A DNA stretch of 64,000 nt. It comes from Eledone cirrhosa (Eukaryota). Of this stretch, positions 56,638 through 64,000 are shown piece after piece. Numbering within the stretch: the stretch's first letter is position 1; the number at the start of each line of letters is the position of its first letter. The notes beneath the pieces were generated by a model that searched no databases, was not told where the DNA came from, and worked only from the letters and a program-made list of their open reading frames with translations. The translations under genes were made by a program, and so were the position numbers. The DNA is taken from assembly GCA_964016885.1 (NCBI GenBank), contig OZ024750.1:47616001-47680000 (forward strand), written 5' to 3'.

Positions 56638-57112
56638 TATATATATATATATACATATATAAATTCCGGGAGTCCAGGTCTGGTTATCACTTATTTTTGA
56701 TCAATTATTTAGGTTTTGAACTGTTTAGCTGGATTTGGCTTTTGGCTTGGGTGGTTACTGCTTTCTTGACCACCTTTTCAGTTTTGTATGGCTTTTAACA
56801 CATTGTTTACCTCTGGTTTTTAACTATTGAGCACTTTGCCATATCATTTTCTGATATTAGCGTTTCGCTTCGATTTTTTTGCCTGCCGAAAATGCGATTC
56901 TCGCTGAATCTTTATTTGTATATATATATACATATATATAAATATATATATATATATATAAATATGCGTATGTATATATATTTATATATATATATATTTA
57001 TATATATATATATATATTATGCACATATATATTTACATATATATATTTACATATATATATATATATATTATATATATATATCTATATATATATATATATA
57101 TGTAAATATATA

Positions 57113-57163
<51 letters not shown>

Positions 57164-57179
57164 AAATATATATGTGCAT

Positions 57180-57289
<110 letters not shown>

Positions 57290-57478
57290 CACACACATAT
57301 ATATATTTATGTATGGGCATTTCAGTTTTTAAAATGTTCTGTTAATCTTAAGAGCACGCTTCTCTACAATTACATGGAATGGTTTTATATGTAAATTGCA
57401 AAATTGTAGGTGAAGAGAAATAATTATTTCCTAATATATATCTAAATATATCTAAATATATATATATATGTATGTATA

Positions 57479-57569
<91 letters not shown>

Positions 57570-57586
57570 TATATATATATATGTAT

Positions 57587-59330
57587 AGTAATAATAATAA
57601 AATTGAAGACTAAAATCCAAAGAAGGCTCGATAAAGAAAATATATATCTAATATATAAGAACCGTAGAGCAAATATTTATTAAAATAACAGATTAAAGTT
57701 CAATCAAAGAATTGCTGCTTCCACCCTTAACGGGATCTTCTGAAAGTAACAAAGTCAATCTGTAAACGCAGAACTGGATATTTCAAAAAACGTTGCAACC
57801 GGAGGCAGACAGGAAGACGATACTTTGGTTCGTGGTAACGTTCCCTGGCAAAGAACGGGAAAAAACGAATAATACGTCATTAATAGGAGCGGTGAAAAAC
57901 AATTACGCGCAAAGACAGAACCACGTTCATGGTATAAAAGAAGACGTAGACTAAAGTTCACTTAGGTGGTGCATAGAGACGTTCTCTGGCAATGAGCGAA
58001 AAAACGAAGATAATAAATCAAATGTGGAGCGTGGAGAACAATAGCACGCAAAGACAAAATCACGTAAATGGTAAGCAGAAGTCGTAGACTAAAATTCTAA
58101 CTAGAAGACTAAATGAATCTCCGCTACAGAGTTAAGAACAAAGTAAATAAATACAATACAGAAGTAACAGAAACATATAAATACATACACGCAAACATAT
58201 ACGTACATACACAAGCATACGCAAAACCTTACCATAGGTATACAAAACCACGCACATATAAATATGTGTGTGTGTGTATGCTTGTGTACAAATAAATAAA
58301 TAATTATATAAACGTATATAAGTAAATAAATACGTATATAACAAGCGCACACGCATACCTACATATAAATACACGAATGTTCGGAGACGTAAGTCAACTA
58401 AAACAAGAAGTACACATATACACACACCCACCATACGTACGAAGCTGCATACTCACGCAGACGCAAAACTCCCGTATACACATAGCCAAACCCTAAATAC
58501 CAGAATATGTCAAGATTATACGCCATAACAGTCAAATATACGTACGAGAAGGTATACATACCTTCACAAAACATACGGGTAATATATACTTACCTATGCA
58601 AATAAGTAAAGGAATAAACAAACATATACTTAGCTCCCACATCAAGACGTAAAATATCCACGTATAGATAGTGCTATCCGTTAGGGTATAACGTGGGACT
58701 GTAATACAGGAAAGTGTTGTGCAATTTATGTTTACAAGCCGAAATTGCCTCAGATTTTTTGTTTAAGATGTGGTCTGTGGCGTAGAGTATTTCCAGGGCC
58801 TCAGCGGCGCAGAGGTCACATGCTCATTTATTTCCGTTATACGATCTAACCCTAGCTAGGATCTCCCAGTGTAACCTATATTGGGTGTGGTTGTCTTTTA
58901 GACTCCAGATATAAGCTGAAAGTGACGTCATATTCCTTCTAAGAGGGTAACGAAAAGAATGGGTATGCATGTAAAGACGCTGCTTGAAACTATTGGCGGT
59001 TAACCCTATGTAGGCCCTACGGGACGTGGGTGTTACAACCTCACATTTGTAGACAATGTTACTAGAGAGGAGGCATTTCCTGGATAGGGTGCAGTCAGCC
59101 CGATTCCTACAATTACAGTTAGTACTAACTACAGGGTTGCAGGTGTTCCTACGGCTAGGTAGTTTAGCTAAATTTGAAGCTGTGATGTTATGTGCAAGGT
59201 TAGGAGTCGTAGAGTAAATCATTTTAATTGTATTTCTATTAAAAATGTTACTATATTTATGTGCAGGGAGAAAATGCTTCGTAATAAGGGAAAGAAAGAT
59301 CTTAGCTAATGGTGTGGCCACCTCCATATT
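57587..59330 (-). mobile_element. 5'-truncated PLE family B (GIY-YIG end + ~1.1-kb pLTR), (TA)n-flanked
   Basis: The endonuclease ORF is followed by the sequence shared with 13211-14297, and a degenerate HHR lies at 57697-57747. Confidence 0.9.
58674..59328 (-). pseudogene. PLE linker + GIY-YIG endonuclease with one in-frame TGA
   Basis: CNCRNRADCTL, IVYKC..AYIGLT..FKQRLYMH. Reading past the TGA at 58824-58826 gives ACDLCAAE..LNKKSEAISACKH.. up to the TAG at 58674-58676. Confidence 0.85.
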
Positions 59331-59410
59331 ATATACATAAACATTCACACACATGCAAACAGACACATACACACACACCCATAGTTATATATATATATGT
59401 ATCTATATAT

Positions 59411-59516
<106 letters not shown>

Positions 59517-59669
59517 GTATATATATATGTATATATATGTATATATATATGTATACTTATATATACATACATATACATATATATATGTATATTAATTGTT
59601 TATATATATATATATATACATATATGTATATATATGTATACATATATATATATATATACACATATATAC

Positions 59670-59711
<42 letters not shown>

Positions 59712-59769
59712 CTATATATATGTATACATATATATATATATATATACATATATATACATATATATATAT

Positions 59770-59858
<89 letters not shown>

Positions 59859-59865
59859 CATATAT

Positions 59866-59922
<57 letters not shown>

Positions 59923-59925
<3 letters not shown>

Positions 59926-60126
59926 CGGAGGAAATGCGGTAAGGAACCAGGTGGATCATAACGCACCAAAGTACTCAATACTTAGGGTAGTAGAGTGGGT
60001 AAAAGGAACGAGTAGGACCCCGACGGCTGAGCTCAAGCCGTTTCGACGGTTAATTCTGGACTCATTGAGGCCAGAATTAGCCGTCGAAACGGCTTGAGCT
60101 CAGCCGTCGGGGTCCTTCTCGTTCCT
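59923..60126. mobile_element. Family C fold-back + tail whose axis coincides with a putative HHR stem II
   Basis: Arms about 60004-60059 and 60071-60126, each reading GAAA-CGGCT.TGAGCTC.AGCCG-TC-GGGGTCC. Confidence 0.85.
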
Positions 60127-60699
60127 ATATATATATATATATATATATATATTTACGCGTATGTATCGATGGATGGATATATCCATAAGTATGTACAGCG
60201 AAATAATGAAATCGAGTCGGTGAGAAAGCTGAAGATTGAAAAAAGGAGGGGAATAAGATAAGTAGAGAGATTGGGAAATAAATAAACAGGTAGGAAGCCA
60301 TGCTGACTGACTGGAAGACAGATTGTTAGGTACATAAATAGCTCCACCGTATTTATTAATACAATATTGCTTCACGTTTTCTCTTGAAGCTTAATAATTG
60401 TTTATAATATAAGCTGAAGATCTATTGGATCAGGTTAGTCAATAAATTTGACCCCAGTATTTTGCTGGTATGTTATTTAATTTGTAATGGAAAATGAAAA
60501 GAAAGATCCTGAAGAGCTTGTGCATTTTCTGCGACTGAAACGACTGACAACAGTCATCTTCTATATTGGTCAATCCCTGTCATACGGATCAGGTTCCAAT
60601 TGGATAGAAAGGTAAGGGTGGAAAGGGTAGTGCATTAAGCCTCATTGCCCTCAGCCGTTTCAATACTTTCAAATATACCAGCTTGATAACGTATTTCTG

Positions 60700-60940
60700 T
60701 TATTTACTAATCCATGTTATTTTCCACAGACCACAACCTTAGGATCTGCTGTAATCTTTCAGTTTGGCAACTCAATCGCATGCTTTGCACATGTTTTTAC
60801 CCTCCTTAATTTATGTGCATCATATTTGGATATAGCATAGTATATTTCTATGTTTTATGTCACAAGAACAATATCATAGAATCAATCGCTTTACCAGTTT
60901 TCCCTAAAAGTTTGATGTCATCCATAAAAAAAACAAGAGG
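60700..60940 (-). pseudogene. Highly degenerate Dong/R4-like RT remnant
   Basis: Minus-strand translation FFMDDIKLLGKTGKAIDSMI and IELPN is comparable to LFCMDDLKLLAK in the 7066 ORF. Confidence 0.5.
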
Positions 60941-61377
60941 ACATTGTTGTACATTGTTGTTATTATTATTATAGACAATTTTTCAGATCAAATATTTTTC
61001 TATTTGTCTGCATTTGTCTCCTATTTATGACTATTTTGACATTGTCATATTGGTAATAGGATTTATTGATCATTGACCATTGTTGAAGTTTTCTGTGTTA
61101 AGCTTTGGTATAATATTTCCAGAATAATTTACCGTGTTTAACTATGACATGTTACACTACACTTTAATTATGTCGATAGCCATCTTGTTGTTTTCTTCCA
61201 GTTATTGGTGTTTACTCTCTATAGTTAGTTCTGTAGGTTTTGTTTTGTACCAGAGAAATAATTTATTTGGATATATTGAACCTTACATTGTATTTAATGA
61301 AACGAGAAGGACATTTAGAAAGGGAAAAATATAATTGGTTTTATTTGTACACATTACTTATTTCAACTTAAAAGTGC

Positions 61378-61488
<111 letters not shown>

Positions 61489-63646
61489 GTGCACAACAAA
61501 TTCGGTTTTAGGACTTGTAAAACCCCACCCACCAACCCACTATTAGATGCATTTGAGCAGGACCTTATGATCTTAAACCTTAAAATTAAATTCAAAGGAC
61601 GCAACACCAACAGCAAATTACAGAAATATATAAAAAAACTACTGGACGACCTTAAACACACCAAAGGAAGTGTAGTAAAAGCGGACAAAACATCAAACCT
61701 GTACACTATGGATTGCACTACATACAACAACTTCATTCGAAAAGAATTACATAAAAAATATAGAAAAACGAGTGAAGTAACCCTTAAGCACATCAATGAT
61801 GAGGCATGCGAAATAGTGAAAAATCTCGGAATCGAAGATAGGACAGGACCACTCTTACCGGCAGTACCCATATTCAATCTTAAGGACCACAAGGTAAACT
61901 TTGATAATGACGCTAAAATTAAATTAATCTGCCCCTCTAAATCAGATATAGGTAAAATAAGCAAATATATCTTAGATAGAATCATCCCCCAAATTAAGGC
62001 TAAGGTTAACATTAAACTCTGGGGGAAGACCCAAGAAGCATTAAGATGGTTTAATAGCATTAGCAATAAGAATACATCTAAGTTTATCCAGTTTGATATC
62101 GATGAATATTACTCATCGATATCACCTGAAACTTTGAATAGAGCCATTAAGTTTGCTAAGGATAACTCTGACCTTACAAACGATGAAATTAAGATTATAT
62201 TAGAAGCAAGGAAAACTATAGTCAAATTTGAGAACAGTTATTGGGTACGTAAAGATAGACCCTCTAACTTTGACATAACAATGGGCTCTAACGATTCGGC
62301 GGAAATAACTGATATTGTGGGGTTATTTATCGCCTTTAGACTCCAGGAAAAATTCAGCAATCTCCACGGCGGAATATACCGCAACGATGTTCTCCTCCTA
62401 GCTAAAAACCTTAATAACCAAAAACTAGAAAAACTACGCAAAGATATAAGAAAACTACTACTCGAAATAGGACTAACTATAACATATGAATACAACCTTA
62501 AAGTAGTTAACTTCTTGGATGTCACACTCAATTTAAACTCTGGTTTGATTAAACCGTTTCATAAATTGAATGAAAATCTCAAATACGTAAATGTTGGGTC
62601 TAACCACCCCATCTCTATAATTAAATCTATCCCTAAAAATATTTCCCTTAGAATCTCGGGTCTATCTTCTAACATACAAGTGTTTAACGAACACGCCGAG
62701 TACTACGATAACGCCCTTAGTAAAGCAGGCTCCCTCAACAAAATAGAGTACATAGATGGGAACAATCAAAACACCCAAAATAAATCCCACATAGGTAGAT
62801 ATAATAACACAACACCAAACGACACTTACTACCATAGTATGCACACCAGTAAACCAACAAACAAAACTAATAGAAAGCGATGCAAAGAGTACTTATGGTA
62901 TAACCCCGAATACAATAGTTCCATTAGTACAAATTTACCAGTACTCTTCTTTAAAATAATTAAAAGACATTTTCCCACATCACACAAATACCACAAAATC
63001 CTAAACCCTACCACTATAAGACTGTCATACTCTACAGCGTTAAACCTTGAACAACACATAAAAAAGATCAATACTAGAAGGTTAAACGAAAACACTAAGA
63101 ACTTAAGTACAAAGAACACAAAAAAAAACAGTAGACAATACACTACAGAACATAAATAAACCACACCTAAGTTCGTCCGCAATACTACGCCAGAGAAAAC
63201 CCAACGTACACAACTGTAACTGCACCTATCCTGACAACTGCCCCCTCGGCAATAACTGTTTGGAAAAAAATATTATTTATAAGTGTACCATTAAATCCGG
63301 AGGCAACGAGTGGTATTACGTGGGATCAACGGCAACATCGTTTAAATCTCGATTGTATAGGCATTCTTACTCAATAAAACACCAGAGCCAAAGAAATGTA
63401 ACAACTTTAGCAGAAAAAGCTTGGACGCTCAGGGATAGCGATCAAAAGTTTACCCTAAAATGGGAAAAATTAGCTAAAACCCAAAGCTTTTCCAGGAGCC
63501 AAAATTTCTGCAAATTGTGTAATCTTGAGATTTATTACATAATCACAAACAAGAAGAAACTGCTGAATAACAGAATTGAACGAACATTATTCTGCCGTCA
63601 CAGAACTAAAACCCTTTTTTCCCACTACAAGCCGAATATTGCATAA
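61489..63646 (+). pseudogene. Third PLE lineage RT + GIY-YIG, 5'-truncated and inactivated
   Basis: Homologous to the 820-aa ORF (KADKT, QFDIDEYYSSI, ITMGS, NFLDV, IIYKC..YVGST, CKLC, CRH). The catalytic YRDD reads YRND, and the frame breaks between 63159 and 63260. Confidence 0.9.
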
Positions 63647-63758
63647 AAGAGGGACATCCCCCAACTATATAAACCTTAATCTAGTTAGAAAAATATAAAA
63701 ACAATCTCTTCTCAACATATATTAATAACCTTAAATTACCACACTAATAATGAAAAGA

Positions 63759-63816
63759 TATGCTGATGAGAATAGGTACAAATATGCGATAATGAATGTG
63801 TCTAAAAACGTCCATA
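63759..63816 (+). ncRNA. Degenerate HHR in the 3' UTR of the third PLE
   Basis: TATG-CTGATGA-GAA.TAGGTACA...TGTGTCTA-AAAA-CG-TC-CATA; the G of GAAA is missing. Confidence 0.6.
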
Positions 63817-63915
63817 AGTATGTATATATATGTGAAAATGTATATAAATAAGTAAATATATATATATATGTTTGATGTGTATAGTTAGATGTAAGTGTAT
63901 TCATGTATTAAAGTG

Positions 63916-63990
<75 letters not shown>

Positions 63991-64000
63991 GTGTATATGG

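Noticed and set aside
58824-58826. In-frame TGA as selenocysteine, as in some Naiad PLEs
   Set aside because: It is a single TGA at a position that is not a conserved cysteine, in a truncated copy, and no SECIS was recognised. A point mutation such as CGA to TGA is simpler.

Overview
AT-rich eukaryotic (animal) genomic DNA, dense in (TA)n, (GA)n, (CA)n, (CTA)n and (TAA)n microsatellites. The repeat content suggests an octopus or other coleoid cephalopod, which is an inference. I can support no host gene; nearly all short ORFs are microsatellite translation artefacts. The window is dominated by transposable elements. The main structure is a ~10 kb head-to-head palindrome (45958-56021) of two intact Penelope-like elements (PLEs) with identical 820-aa RT + GIY-YIG ORFs and four hammerhead ribozymes (HHRs). 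There are three further damaged PLEs and more than a dozen short non-coding fold-back or partial-tandem elements. These short elements sit in (TA)n tracts, many carry recognisable HHR motifs, and many share a short GAGYRCYYT-like motif in their 3' tails. Also present are Dong/R4-like RLE LINEs in (TAA)n, CRE-like and CR1-like LINE remnants, a Tc1 transposase remnant, a Helitron-like element and tRNA-type SINEs. All folds and alignments were done by eye.
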